NCBI GenBank assembly: GCA_950097015.1
Contig: CATNEN010000039.1
Location: 8,742,001 to 8,806,000, forward strand
DNA length: 64,000 nucleotides
From: Macrostomum hystrix
Lineage: Eukaryota; Animalia; Platyhelminthes
Direction: 5' to 3'
This document shows positions 1-13,200 of this stretch, piece by piece. Below the pieces are notes generated by a model. That model was not told the DNA's origin and searched no databases. It saw nothing but the letters and a program-made list of their open reading frames with translations. Within the stretch, counting starts at the first letter, position 1, and each line of letters opens with the position of its first letter. A program made the position numbers and the translations under genes.

Positions 1-546
1 AGAAGGAGAGGGAGAGGGAGAAGGAGAGGGAGAACGAGAGGAAGGGGGAGAAGGAGAGGGAGAGGGAGAAGGAGAAGGAGGAAGAGAGCAGTGGTGGACA
101 ATCTCGCACGGACATAACAGGCGCAGGAGGCGAATATTTTATGACGAAATTACTAACAAGAGACACAAAAACGAAATCACGTATCAATAAAAAGTCTAAA
201 CACTACAAAGCGGAGAAGACAGTAACTGTTTATAAAAAGGGAGCCAAGAGACACCAGTACAATGGAAATAAACTTTTTTGTTGTAAATAATCAAAGCAGA
301 CAAACGATTTCCCCATTTTTTTCTTTAGCTTATTTACTTTCTTTTTGACAACATGCTACAAAATACTGTGAGTAGTGTTAACAAAGTTTTTAAAAAGTTT
401 CTTTTCTCATCTTCCATCGAAAATGGTTGTAAATGACTAGTTAATCATATTATTAAACGAAAATCAACACAGAAACGAGAAAAACAGCAGGTTTAAGACG
501 CGGTACAAAACCAATAAAGAAAAGCAAACTTCTACGATTTTTTGCG

Positions 547-895
547 ACTGTGGAGTGGGGTGGCTGCTGGTTCTGATCGTGTGTACTCTCACTGGCTGTG
601 GAGTGGGGTGGCTGCTGGTTCTGATCGTGTGTACTCTCACTGGCTGTGGAGTGGGGTGGCTGCTGGTTCTGATCGTGTGTACTCTCACTGGCTGTGGAGT
701 GGGGTGGCTGCTGGTTCTGATCGTGTGTACTCTCACTGGCTGTGGAGTGGGGTGGCTGCTGGTTCTGATCGCGCGTACACTTGCAGGCTGTGGAGTGGGA
801 GTATATTATAATTAAGCGTACACTCTGACTGGTTAGTGGGGTGAGAGTATATTATAATTAAGCGTATACCCTGACTGTGGAGTGGGGTGGGTGCT
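547..895. repeat. 48-bp minisatellite, about 5 copies plus degenerate tail
   Basis: unit ctgtggagtggggtggctgctggttctgatcgtgtgtactctcactgg. Confidence 0.9.
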
Positions 896-1124
896 GTTTT
901 GGATGAAATTCAACAAAAACTTTAACAAAATATCTGTTTTATCAGAATACGAACAACGTGAGACTCCAAATAGATCCGCGGTTTGTTCAGATTTAGCTGT
1001 CATAGCTCTGCACAGGTCACAAGGATGAATTCTTTTTTGGTCATTAAACTCGAAAAACAACACGACAGGAGGGAGCAAGTGAGAAAAACAACACTTGTGG
1101 CGATAGCTGCTCAACAGCTCGAGC

Positions 1125-4100
1125 TCACAGCAGAGCGCATTTCGATTTGCGCTTCTTGGTGTCGCGACGCAGAACATCAGCTGTGCGACGATTGATCAGC
1201 CGGACCAGGTCTAGGAAGCTCTGTGGAAGTTTTATTCATATTTTAAGAACAATTTTCGTTGCTTGCTACTTTTAGTAGTTCACAATGGAGTTCATAGTAC
1301 ATTTTTGTCAGACTTGCAATGGGTAGATAGAGAGTGCCGAGGGGAGCTAGGGAGTGCCGAGGGGAGCTAGGGAGTGCCGACGGAAGCTAGGGGGTGTCGA
1401 GGTGCCGAGGGGAGCTAGTGAGTGCCGACGGAAGCTAGGGGGTGTCGAGGTGTCGAGAGGAGCTAGGGAGTGCCGAGGGGAGCTAGGGAGTGCCGAGGGG
1501 AGCTAGGGAGTGCCGAGGGCAGCTAGGGAGTGCCGAGGGGAGCTAGGGAGTGTCGAGAGGAGCTAGGGAGTGCCGAGAGGAGCTAGGAGGTTCCGATAGT
1601 AGATAGCAAAAGGGGTTCCGATGGTAGGTAGCTAATGGGTTCCGATAGTAGGTAGCTAAAGGGGTTCCGATAGTAGGTAGTTAATGGGTTCCGATGGTAG
1701 GTAGTTAATGGGTTCCGATGGTAGGTAGCTAATGGGTTCCGATAGTAGGTAGCTAATGGGTTCCGATGGTAGGTAGCTAATGGGTTCCGATAGTAGGTAG
1801 TTAATGGGTTCCGATGGTAGGTAGCTAATGGGTTCCGATAGTAGGTAGCTAAAGGGGTTCCGATGGTAGGTAGTTAATGGGTTCCGATGGTAGGTAGTTA
1901 ATGGGTTCCGATGGTAGGTAGTTAATGGGTTCCGATGGTAGGTAGCTAATGGGTTCCGATAGTAGGTAGCTAATGGGTTCCGATGGTAGGTAGCTAAGGG
2001 AGCAGACAGTAGCTAGGGCGCTGAGAGTTGTCAAATACTGGAGTCTATCGTGTTGCAGTTAATCCCAAGCCAGTTGAGAGGGAGGAAATTTGACACCTAA
2101 GGGTGGCCAGCAGCACAAGATGGGCAAACTCAATCAAGCTCCATGACCGAGCCCACACGAGCCGTTGCGTCGTTGGGCAATTGCTGCGGGGCGAATGATC
2201 TGACGTGGGTATTTCACGGAGATAAATAGTGTCGAATTTATTTTTCTTGTTTTCAAAGCTTCTTTGCTTAGGCGGAGAATGAAAAGGACAAGACGAAATG
2301 GGAAGATTGGTGAAAAAGAGGCGAATAATAAACAAGAAATAAAGAAAGTCAAGAAAATGTAAAACAAAAATGAAATAAAGATAAGAAGATGAGCAGGTGA
2401 GGCAGATGAGTAGATGTGGCAGATGAGCAGGTGAGGCAAATGAGCAGGTGAGGCAAATGAGCAGGTGAGGCAAATGAGCAGGTGAGGCAAATGAGCAGGT
2501 GAGGCAAATGAGCAGGTGAGGCAAATGAGCAGATGAGGCAAATGAGCAGATGAGGCGGATACACAGGTGAGGCATCGCGACTCTCACATCCTGAACATTC
2601 AACTTGGCCTTGGCGGAGGTCTCTAGGAAGGCGCAGTTCCACTGGTGCGCCAGGTTCTGTCCCTGCTCCTTGGTTACTGTCCGCTCGTCCTCGAGGTCGC
2701 ACTTGTTCCCAATCACAACAATTGGCACCTGGGCATGTGAGAAACAAGCAGTGAGAAACGCGGATTTAAACTAAGCAAAGAAGATCGAACTCCAAAATTA
2801 GGGAATTAGTAGATATAATCTATGCACTTTAGCAGTAGAAAGAGTACTCTATTTTTCCACATGGAAAAGACTATAGGGGATATTTCAAATACCCACTGCC
2901 TACTTCACGACGACGATTGGGTTGAATAATTTGGGGGAAATATGGGTATTTGAAATACCTCCACTTAGTTTTTCTAATTTTTAATCCCCAGAATCCAAGA
3001 ATTATTAAGTAAAGCTTGGGTACTCTGTTAAATAATTTAATCTTCGCAAAATTATTTACATGAAAACTGCTTTTCGGGGGATTAGAGACAGACCAAGACA
3101 CATAGAGGGACCCTTCAAATCCCTCATTTGCATCTCCCTTGAGACACCTTTCAGGTAGGCTATCTGAGGTTTGAGCCGTCATTCAAGGGTGGCATTGCCC
3201 CCATACCGGAAATCAGGAATTTTTAACGCGAATCTTTTAGCTAATTTTTGTCAATCCCACTGCAATGCAAAGCTTTAAAAACCTGAATCTTCCCAAACTA
3301 GAATGCTATCTAACCAGAATCTTCACAAACTAGAATCTTCCCAAACCAGAATCTTCACAAACTAGAATCTTCCCAAACTAGAATCTTCCCAAATTAGAAT
3401 CTTACCTAACTAGAATCTTCCCAAACCAGAATCTTACCTAACTCAAATCTTCCCAAACCAGAATCTTCACAAACTAGAATCTTCCCAAACTAGAATTTTC
3501 CCAAACCAGAATCTTCACAAACTAGAATCTTTCCAAACTAGAATCTTCCCAAACTAGAATCTTCTCAAACCAGAATCTTACCTAACTAGAATCTTCCCAA
3601 ACCAGAATCTTCCCAAACTAGAATCTCCCCAAACTAGAATCTTCCCAAACCAGAATCTTCCCAAACTAGAATCTTCCCAAACTAGAATCTTCCTAAACTA
3701 GAATCTTCCCTAACTAGAATCTTCCCAAACTAGAATCTTCCTAAAAAAGAATATTCTCAAGCTAGAATCTTACCAAACCAGAATCTTCCCAAACTAGAAT
3801 CTCCCCAAACTAGAATCTTCCCAAACCAGAATCTTCCCAAACTAGAATCTTCCCAAACTAGAATCTTCCTAAACTAGAATCTTCCCTAACTAGAATCTTC
3901 CCAAACTAGAATCTTCCTAAAAAAGAATATTCTCAAGCTAGAATCTTACCAAACCAGAATCTTCCCAAACTAGACTCTTCCTAAAAAAGAATATTCTCAA
4001 GCTAGAATCTTACCAAACTAGAATCTTCCCAAACTAGAATCTTCCTAAACAAGAATCTTCCCAAACTAGAATCTTCCCAAACCAGAATCTTACTTTAAGT

Positions 4101-5710
4101 TAAATCTAATATTCATAAATAGAATATAAGTGAAAATTGAAGCAAGAAGTATATATATATATTATACAGTGCAAATTCCAATTAAGCAGACATCGATTGG
4201 CCGCCCTAAAAACAACGGAGCAACAGGTACAGTAGGGTACGAGGTAAAGGGGCTAATGTCTAACAAAATTTCGCTGCCTTTCTATGCCCGCCTTAACAAG
4301 ACGAAGCTGAACAAGACTGGGAAAGTAAGGATACACTAAATACACCGCAAGACATAAAAAACGATGCCGCATTTTTAAGGCTTGCAGCTTAAAATAAGTT
4401 CGGGTTGCTTTGCGAGTCACCACCCACGATCAGTCATTCAAGACTGCAAAGTCTGTAATTATTAGAATTTGGCTCCTCTTTAGTATCTGGAAAATTCAGC
4501 GTCACCTAATCTGCGACATCAAGATAGTACTTAGTTACTCATTCAAGAGGGTTGTCAAGGCCTGTCCGAAACATAATTGGAGTGGGAATTTTAAGAAAAC
4601 TTGTTCGAATAGATTCTTTGAATTCTATAGAATAATTAAGTCCCCATGGAAGGGGATGGCGAGGGAATATGCTTCTTTGCAAGCATTCATCGGACTTCAG
4701 CAGGTTGGCATTAGGTGCGATGAGGTGGGGCGACCGGCTGTGAAACCGAGAGAATAACGGGTAGAGAAATCGTGGTAGAAGACAGGCAGAGAAGGGGGGA
4801 GAAGACAGGCAGAGAAGGGGGGAGAAGACAGGCAGAGAAGGGGAGAAGACAGGCAGAGAAGGGGGAGAAGACAGGCAGAGATGGGGGGAGAAGACAGGCA
4901 GAGAAGGGGGGAAGACAGGCAGAGAAGGGGGAGAAGACAGGCAGAGAAGGGGGAGAAGACAGGCAGAGAAGGGGGAGAAGACAGGCAGAGAAGGGGGAGA
5001 AGACAGGCAGAGAAGGGGAGAAGACAGGCAGAGAAGGGGGGAGAAGACAGGCAGAGAAGGGGGAGAAGACAGGCAGAGAAGGGGGGAGAAGACAGGCAGA
5101 GAAGGGGGAGAAGACAGGCAGAGAAGGGGGGAGACAGGCAGAGAAGGGGGAGAAGACAGGCAGAGAAGGGGGAGAAGACAGGCAGATAAGGGGGAGAAGA
5201 CAGGCAGAGAAGGGGGGAGAAGACAGGCAGAGAAGGGGGAGAAGATAGGCAGAGAAGGGGGAGAAGACAGGCAGAGAAGGGGGAGAAGACAGGCAGAGAA
5301 GGGGGGAGAAGACAGGCAGAGAAGGGGGGAGAAGACAGGCAGAGAAGAATCTGTGAGAAGCAGGCGTAGCAGAAGCTAGGTCTCACATCTTCCGAGTCCT
5401 TGACGCGCATGATCTGCTCACGCAGTTCGTGCAGATCATTAAACGAAGCCTGCGAGGTGATGGAATAGACTAGCAGAAAGCCCTGGCCATTTTTCATGTA
5501 CAGATCGCGCATTGCAGTGAACTGCTCGGTGCCAGCCGTGTCGAGAATCTCCAGCATACACTGGCTGTTGTCAACTTCAACCTGCTTGCGATAAGAGTCC
5601 TCAATTGTGGGATCATACTTTTCGACGAAAATTCCCTGTACGAATTGCACAGTGAGGGCAGATTTGCCCACACCTCCTGAGCCAAGGACAACTAGCTTGA
5701 ATTCTCGCAT
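1125..5710 (-). CDS. RAP1: Ras-related GTPase Rap1, 3 coding exons (5710-5387, 2728-2588, 1220-1125), 186 aa
   Basis: [43 protein letters not shown]; DTAGTEQF (T61, Rap-specific); NKCD; ETSAK; hand-read last exon [31 protein letters not shown] ends in a polybasic stretch plus CaaL box; both introns GT-AG, phase 0. Confidence 0.96.
1330..1995. repeat. two abutting minisatellites (20-bp then 24-bp) in Rap1 intron 2
   Basis: gggagtgccgaggggagcta (~1330-1585), then gggttccgatggtaggtagctaat (~1590-1995). Confidence 0.9.
2385..2572. repeat. 17-bp minisatellite next to the Rap1 intron 2 donor
   Basis: unit gagcaggtgaggcaaat. Confidence 0.9.
2876..2962. repeat. short inverted repeat / hairpin (possible tiny MITE)
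   Basis: ggggatatttcaaataccca ... tgggtatttgaaatacctcc. Confidence 0.5.
3285..4092. repeat. 16-bp minisatellite in Rap1 intron 1
   Basis: unit aaactagaatcttccc, about 50 copies with variants. Confidence 0.92.
4786..5346. repeat. 22-23-bp purine-rich minisatellite in Rap1 intron 1
   Basis: unit gaagacaggcagagaaggggga. Confidence 0.92.
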
Positions 5711-8137
5711 GACGGCTTGAATACGTGTAGCAATTGCTGAGGGAAAAAGCGTGCAAGAAAATTGATTAGCCTCGAGTTATGTTTGCCTACATGTTCTTCA
5801 TAAGTAGGCAGGCAAAATTTAGAATTGAATGACCAACCATTAAATCTATTTAAAAATAAACTTTGTTTGAAATAAAACTACAAGCTTCAGAGTTCCATGT
5901 AGTGTACATTAGCCTTTGTAACGAGTTCAGACCTTTATTATATAAAAAAGCAAGAAATACAAATAAAACTTGCAACAAACACATACTGCTTGAACTAAAC
6001 TTGAAGACATCAAACAAAATGGCTTAAAAAGATTTTCAAGAAACTACTTGAAAATAAAATTATAAAAAAATATAAAATGCCTGGTTAAAAAATGCTAAAA
6101 GCTAGACTAAAAAGCTAAGAACAAGACTAAGTTAAATAATTTTATATTGGACTTCTAGTAATATTTTTAAGTACTATTTTACTATTACGGGGAATACAGG
6201 CATAGAAAAAATCATAGCGTGTTGGAAAAAATGCAACAAAATCGAGTAGAATAATTAAAGAAAAGCTAAAGTCAAACACATTGTGTCTATACACCCGAAA
6301 TGATATCACTGTGTACTTAAAACTGCTTCTATTAATATATGTATTATATATCTCGCACATTTTTAATGATAATAAAACGATACAATGATCTAAAAACGTT
6401 CAATATATATAAGCTTCCTACAGTCGCGCCATTCTTACTAGGCCTATCAAGTAAATACCTACTGACTGTGGGCGCAACATTTAATGCTAAGTACCCGTCC
6501 CGTGTGATTTTTTGCTCCTGTCAGAGAAATCACGGCCTAAGATAGGACTATGAAAAAATCTTGATTCTGACACAATTTAAAATCCCATATTGAAGCGATT
6601 TAAATGGTTTAACAAATAGATTCCACCTTCTACATGTAAATGCTATTCGAAGCATTTTAGTCAGTATTGCGTTGAACATTGTTGCGTTGCGTTTTAAATA
6701 AAGCTTCTAAAAATGTCTTGCTAGCAATATGTTTTTCACGATTGTCTTTATTATTGTGTCTTGGAAAAAATGCACGGGGATTCGAAAGAAAGACCCCATT
6801 ATCAGTTACGTTCCTGCATTATTCCATGACCATGCGTAAAGTCATTAGTAATACTTTTTAATAGTATCATTAAAAAGACATCTTTAAAATCATTACTTTT
6901 CCTCAATTTCTCAGATTACTCGTAGGTCTAGCATATCATTTAGTTCAGCCTATAAATGAGTAAAGCTGTTTTAAATTTTTAATTAAGTGTGGAAGGCCTC
7001 TACTCAATTTGGAACTATCTTATTTTGATCACCTTAACTTGAATATAGTCTTAAATATTTCAATAAGACATTAGTATATAATCACTGGTAGCAGTAGCAC
7101 ACTTGTGTATGGTATATTGTGTATGGTAGCCTTTATACTGTGTCTGAGCAGCAAGACACAGTGATTCACTTATTACATCTACATCACATATTTAGTCATA
7201 ATTATTACTCATTGCAAATGTTTTGTTTTACTAATCTGGTTATTTAGGGCTCCAATGGATCAGAGTTTCCCAGCAAAAACACTTTTGTTAAATTGTTAGT
7301 TATTAGAACAGCTTTATTTATGTTATTCAACATATTATATTAGGCCTAATATAAATATTCACCACGAATTTCTTTATTAGGCCTATAGGCTAGGACTATA
7401 TATAGCTAAATAGCTAGCACTTTGCTGGCAGCTACATGTATGCGTCCTATCTAGTCATTAATAGAATAATAGTTTGGTCGGTGCTGGACAATCAGCTGTA
7501 TAGCATGTGATTTGCCATCATCCATGGACTCTGTTGCACAGATAGGCAATTACCAATTTGGTGGCAATGCAGATTCAGATTGCGATGACTTGCTGCATTA
7601 TAGACTTGGCATAAGACAATAAGAGGACCTGCACAGACCATATAGTATATGGTTTAGTTGTAAAGAGGATCCACTAGACAGGCCGTGGAAACCAGATTAT
7701 TCATGCATTTTCTACTTGTCTAATTAGTTGTCCTAACTTGTCCATTCTGAAATAATTTTTTGAAGAAAAATATATTCAAAGTATATTCTTACCAAATTTT
7801 GCTACTGCAAGTAGTAAGCAAAACATTTGACAAACTAATTTCAACAAAAGAGTAAATTTGAATAATGAAAATTTGCTGCATCTGAAATGAAAAAAGTAAC
7901 AAGATTAAAAATAATAAAACTAGAGTTTTGAGGCTATAGATTATGTGCAATGATTTGCAAGAGAGGAAAAAATATTCTTATTATACATATTTGTCAAATT
8001 TGACACTTAAAGTGAGAAAAATGGCATGTTTGGTTTGTTGAATTTTTATTCAGTTTGATGAAACGTCTATCTGTAAACTAAACAGAGCAGCAAGTTCTGT
8101 TCCATCAACCAAACAAGATAAAGAACTGAGTAAATAC

Positions 8138-8990
8138 TACGAGGGGTGATCAAAAAGTTTTGCAAGTTACATCATTACAAAGTCCAGAGAAATCTGGAGC
8201 ACAGATTTAGTGTCTCATTCCCTCGAAGTACTTCCCCTCAGCTTTGATGCACCGTTGCATGCGCATCCACCAAGCCGGGAAGCAGCTATGGTACTCTGAT
8301 GTGGGCAGTCTCTCCAGTTCTGATTTGACCACTCTTGCCAGGTCTTGGATGCGAGAAAATGGCCTCCCAGAGATGGCAGATTTTACTTTTGGGAACAGCC
8401 AGAAGTCGCAGGGTGCGAGGTCTGGAGAGTAGGGTGGGTGGGGCAGCAGCTGAACTCCTTGCTGCTCCAGGAAGGCCTGAGTTGCAGCTGCAGTGTGGGG
8501 TGCCGCATTGTCGTGGTGCAGCAGCAGCCTGGCACCATGCCGAGTTCTCGCCCACTGCCGCTTCTGGGCCATTTGGTTTGAACATCTCCAACCACAAGCG
8601 GCAGATCCATACGCGCTTAGTGCGCTGGTCAGCTGTGAGCAGGTGCGGCACCCAGTGGGCGCAGGTCTTGGAGTGGCCTAGCTGCTCATGCATGATGATG
8701 TGGGCGCTTCCATAGTTGACACCAAGCTCGTAGGCAAGAAATCTCAGTGTCACGCTGCAATCCTCCCACACAATCGTGTCCGCGCGGGCCACTGACGCTT
8801 CGGTCACGGATGTCCTAGGTCGTCCAGACTGACTCTCGTCTTTGGCACTCGCCCGCCCGTCAGAGAAGTAGCACATCCAGCGCGTGACAGTGTCAAATGA
8901 CAGCACAGCTTCAGCAAATACAGAAACTAAGTCAGCGTGGATTTCCACAGCTTTTTTGCCTAGACTTCGTAGACTTTGATTTGGCAGTCG
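8138..8990 (-). mobile_element. mariner (DD34D) transposon relic, internally deleted, one TIR
   Basis: TA+CGAGGGGTGATCAAAAAGT TIR at 8138; HHDNAAPH...HPPYSPDLAPCDF (2nd and 3rd catalytic Asp); WVPHLLT linker and HTH region in another frame; first catalytic D (xDE.W) region and the second TIR not found. Confidence 0.9.
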
Positions 8991-9530
8991 ATTTGCTTGC
9001 AGTAGACGTCAATTTAAACTTGCCCATGTTTACTGTTTTTTTCTAATGTCAGACATTGCCAGATGCTGAAATGAACGACATGAATGTGAACATGAACTTA
9101 TAGCTTTAGCTCAACTATTCTGCAGTAGTAAGTAATTGTAAGTAATAAGTCAGAGACATTGTCATCGTCACAGAAAAGAGCAGAGGACATCTTTATCCTA
9201 GGAAACTGCTAACAATATATTTTTTGGTCAATTGGTTGCGTGGCCTTAAGTGACTAAAAAAATGCAGCAGCATAAATTCATAAATTCCAAAGCACTAATC
9301 AATCGTTATCTTGGAGCGTGGTCTGGGTGAGAGACCCCTCAGTGGGCGTCGACACTGCTTCCGCACTGTAATACGTTCAATGGGAACCGGAGGTGGTGAT
9401 GGCGGCATTTCAATGGCAAAAAAGTTCGGCGCCTGTTCAATTGGGCGGTGGCGATGGCGACCGTGTTCGGCTAGACGGCGTGCTCAGCTATTTGGCGACA
9501 TCTGTCAGTCTCACAATTACACAGCAGTAG

Positions 9531-12353
9531 CTACGAGTAGCACAACTGCGGATGGGGCAGTAAAGCTACTTTGGTGTCGGTCACCACGCAGGCGCCCCGA
9601 AACTGTTGCAGCCCAACGTAAATCAAGTCGCGGGGGTTTCCCAAGTCTCCTAATGGGTTGCACGCAAATCTTCTGATATGCGCTAATCGACAGCCACGAG
9701 CCGGTGACATTGTGGCGACCTGCACTAGCAACTTGAGCGGGTCGGCATCTGCAATAACCGGCATCAGGTAAACAGCGAGCCGAATCTGCTCGCCTTGCAG
9801 TTTGATAGAGTGCAGCTGACAAAAAAGGAAATCCATCACTGTGCCACCTTCGATAGCCACAAAGCCGGACGCATCCCGGGATCCAGGCCTAAAAATTCGT
9901 AGCGTCCAACCGGACTGCAGAGTGGCACTGTGCCATCCGACTTGCCAAGACTTGGGTCGACGAAGCACGACACCAGGGAGACTGAGTACTTCAATTTGAC
10001 GAAATGGATCCTCTTCTTCCTGCTGCACGTGACGAATCAGCCGCGCTCGCGCTTGAATGTGGCGTTCCACCGCACCAACCAGCTCAACGTCAGTGCGTCG
10101 CGTACCATGCAGACGCTTCTGCAAGCGCAAATGCATGCTTTCAAAAAGACCAGCCGACTGGCGGTGTACGGCGCCGGCCAGATTTACGTACGTCAGCATG
10201 TGGCAGCACACCTGATGAGGATTGTATGTCAGTACCTTCAGTGTATACAATCCATGCAGCTTGTCATGGAAGTGGCGCAAAGAAACTTCCACGTGGCGCA
10301 ACTCACCTCTGGGCGCATAATCAGCGTACATCCAGAACACAACGGTGGAGAAAATTAGCAGATTCTGATAATGGTCGGGTGGCAGAAAGTCCTCTAAAAC
10401 CAGGGGACCGTAGGCTAGCATCCACATTTCATACTCATGCCCACGAAAGTTGCGCATGTCACTCAGAAGACGCACGGCATGGCGTTGGACGTTGCTGGGC
10501 AGCCTGATTCTTAGCAACTGCTCATTTAACTGGCTTTGGAGTCGGTGCAGGTCTGGACAGTTTGTTTCTCCTCGATCAGGCTTGTGGCGCACAAGGAAAA
10601 ATTTATATATCATCATGCGGACAAAATCAAGGAGCAGCTGGTGCAGATAACACGGCGGGCATCCGCGCATAAAGTCGAATCCAGGAAGACGTCCCAACGG
10701 AGAATGTCCTCGGACGCCTAATGTGTCCGTATTGCGTTGCCGTACACCGGGTGCCATACCCGTCAGGTGCCGCTCGGCTAATATACACGTGTCTGTCATG
10801 CTCTGGAGGACATTCTGCAGGCAACCAAGACGTCTAGCAGTATTTTGCATTGCCGGCGTTAACCCGATGTCAAAGACGCGGCCAAAGCCTGACGGATGTA
10901 GGCGCGTACGGATCCATAGATGGCCATGCATTGTCGCATGCAGAGCGCATCCGCACGAGCCGGGGCGTCGAACATACCAAGTATTGGATGGAGACGTATT
11001 GTACGCTTCTGTCCATCAGCATCAATGTACGTAACGCCTTGGATGCGTAGAGGAATTAGACCGTTAACAACTACCGGGAGGAAAGCTGACGCATTTACCT
11101 TGGTCTTTCCAGCCCAGAGTCCACAAATAATCACGTAGCGCAACTTGAAGCGATCATAAATCTCGTTGATGCTCAAGTAAACCGGACAGACCTCTACTTG
11201 ACTTGTCGACCGTGATGGAAAGCCGTCGGAGCTCAGTGTGTAGGAGAGGTCGCACTTGGAAGCCGGGTTTATGGACTATAGAAACTCTCTGTACAGTTGA
11301 CCGTTGCTGAAGTTTATGGTGTCGGCAGGCCTACGGAAGTCCACCGGGAACGTCAGATTCTGTAAAAGTCCACACGACTCTATGTAGGTTCGAATTTGCT
11401 TGCGGATATTGAAGACCCAGAAGTTGGCGACACTGACTGATCCACAGTAGGTGCACTGTCCACCGTTTTGACTGCAGTCTCCAAGGTAGTTAACGTGGCA
11501 CTCATTGCACACAGTGACGCAACTTGCTGAACCAATTAAGTTCTGCGCGGACTACAGTAGACGTAGAAGTCTGGTGATCTTTTTGCGTGGGATCTCCAGA
11601 TCAACGGCGCAGTCGCTTATGAGGCATACAGCCTCACCAACGGAACCAGTGATGGCCTCGCCATTGTGCCACGGCAGCTGTAGCCAGGCATCGAGAGCGG
11701 GCTCCTGGTCGTCGTCGCTGTCGACTGACTCAGCCATACCGCTGTCACTGGTGCCTGTGGAGCATAATAAGTATACTTGTAAGGACGGGGCCAAGGGGGT
11801 CAAGGGCGCATGGATTGTGTGTAAAAACAACGAAGAAAAGAAAAGTTAAGAATGACACTTTCTAAACCCGGTTTTCGACTGGACTGCCTTTAAAACCGGA
11901 GAAATCGTCCGATTTTTCGCCAGGAATTTCCCCTTGATTCTGTGAAACGGTGATAAAGAGCTATCACAAACCCTGCACGGAAGGCTCGTAGTTGTCATCG
12001 TCCGTGTCGTTACTGTCAGTGTCGTCGCCGCCGTCCACTGGCTCGACTTCGTCGCCGCTTTGATGACGCTCACTGCCACCGTCACTGGATTCTGTAAGGC
12101 GTAATAAGTATTTCAGTAACGACTGGTTTCAGGGTTTATAGGTGCTGTGTAGAAGTAATAAAGAGCTATCACACACCGTGCACGTAAGGTGCGTCTCATT
12201 GCCTGCAGGTGCGTCCGTGCCATCCCCGTCTGCGCCGTCGCCGATGTTAACTAGCTCGGCTTCGCCATATCGATCGCTGGTGGTGCATCGAGCTTGGCTT
12301 GCAGTCTGCGCGACCGTTGGTAAAAGCGCCTTTTGCGTCTTTGTTGCTCCATT
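9531..12353 (-). pseudogene. CMC (EnSpm/CACTA/Mirage-like) transposase pseudogene with spliced acidic N-terminus
   Basis: CNECH..CTYCG, LSSDGFP, CGLWAG, FDAPARA, YLHQLLL, LPSNVQR, GHEYEMWM, NPHQ..H, SAGLFESM motifs; in-frame TAG at 11552 and 11276; frameshift near 10930; GT-AG introns 12176-12092 and 11971-11755. Confidence 0.75.
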
Positions 12354-12835
12354 GTTAATAGTAAAGAGTAAAGATATGCTCTGAAAGTTTTGGCATTTTC
12401 TGCTATTTTTGAAGTTACTTCGTATCCAACTAGCTTGAGTACTACTCGACATTATTCGTTAACTTAAAGAGCGGGGCTATGTACTCGTACTTGATTGTTT
12501 TGTGCTTTCTTCCCACCTCTTTTCTTTCAAGCTCGTAGGGGTTTATTCACAATTCTATAATAATTCTTAGCTACTAACGACTATTGACTAGCTAGGTTGA
12601 CTTGACTTAGCGATTCGTACAGTGACTAAACCAGTAAAAACACACAGAGAAAAACGTTGTTTTGAACTCAGCACATAGCGAGAGAAATTTATTTATGTAA
12701 AGCACATACACTTATATAATACATATTTTCGCTTTATACTCGCGGAACATAAAGCGAGGCATTAGATTTCTTAAAACTGTTGTCCTGCAATTATCATGAA
12801 CGTTTAAATTTGAAATATCAAAAGAATAAGAGAAG

Positions 12836-13200
12836 TCAGGTTTTCCACTGGTCTTCCTTCGTTGTCTTCTATGGTTTTTGTCCGGATGAAGAACCAGAGA
12901 AAAAACCGGGCAAAATTCCATACAAAAATATTGCATCGGGATTTACTCCGGATGTCCCCCGGTTACTCATCTGGCACCTAACCAGACGAAGGCCCGGGCA
13001 AAAAACCGGGCTGAAAACCAGGCAAATTCCTTTAAAACCACAGTACTCGCCCGGTTCTTCGCCTGTAATTTCGTCTGGTTAAGAGAACCAGAGAAAAACC
13101 GGACCAATTCACCAGGTTTCCGTTCTTTGTCTGGAAATAGTACAAAAACCTTGCCTAACCAGACCAAAACCAGACGAAGAACCCGACCACATAGCCACAC
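12836..13200. repeat. clustered short CCGG/AAAACC motifs, probable subterminal repeats of the CMC element
   Basis: repeated aaccagagaaaaaccgg, aaaaccggg and ccagacgaag motifs upstream of the transposase; similar motifs at 11865-11930. Confidence 0.45.

Noticed and set aside
4697-5386. 337-aa Rap1 with a Cys/Pro-rich tail
   Set aside because: Read-through into the intronic repeat; the donor at 5386 and downstream exons give normal Rap1
7023-7034. ttttgatcacc as the second mariner TIR
   Set aside because: Only ~11 nt match and it lies on the wrong side of the element
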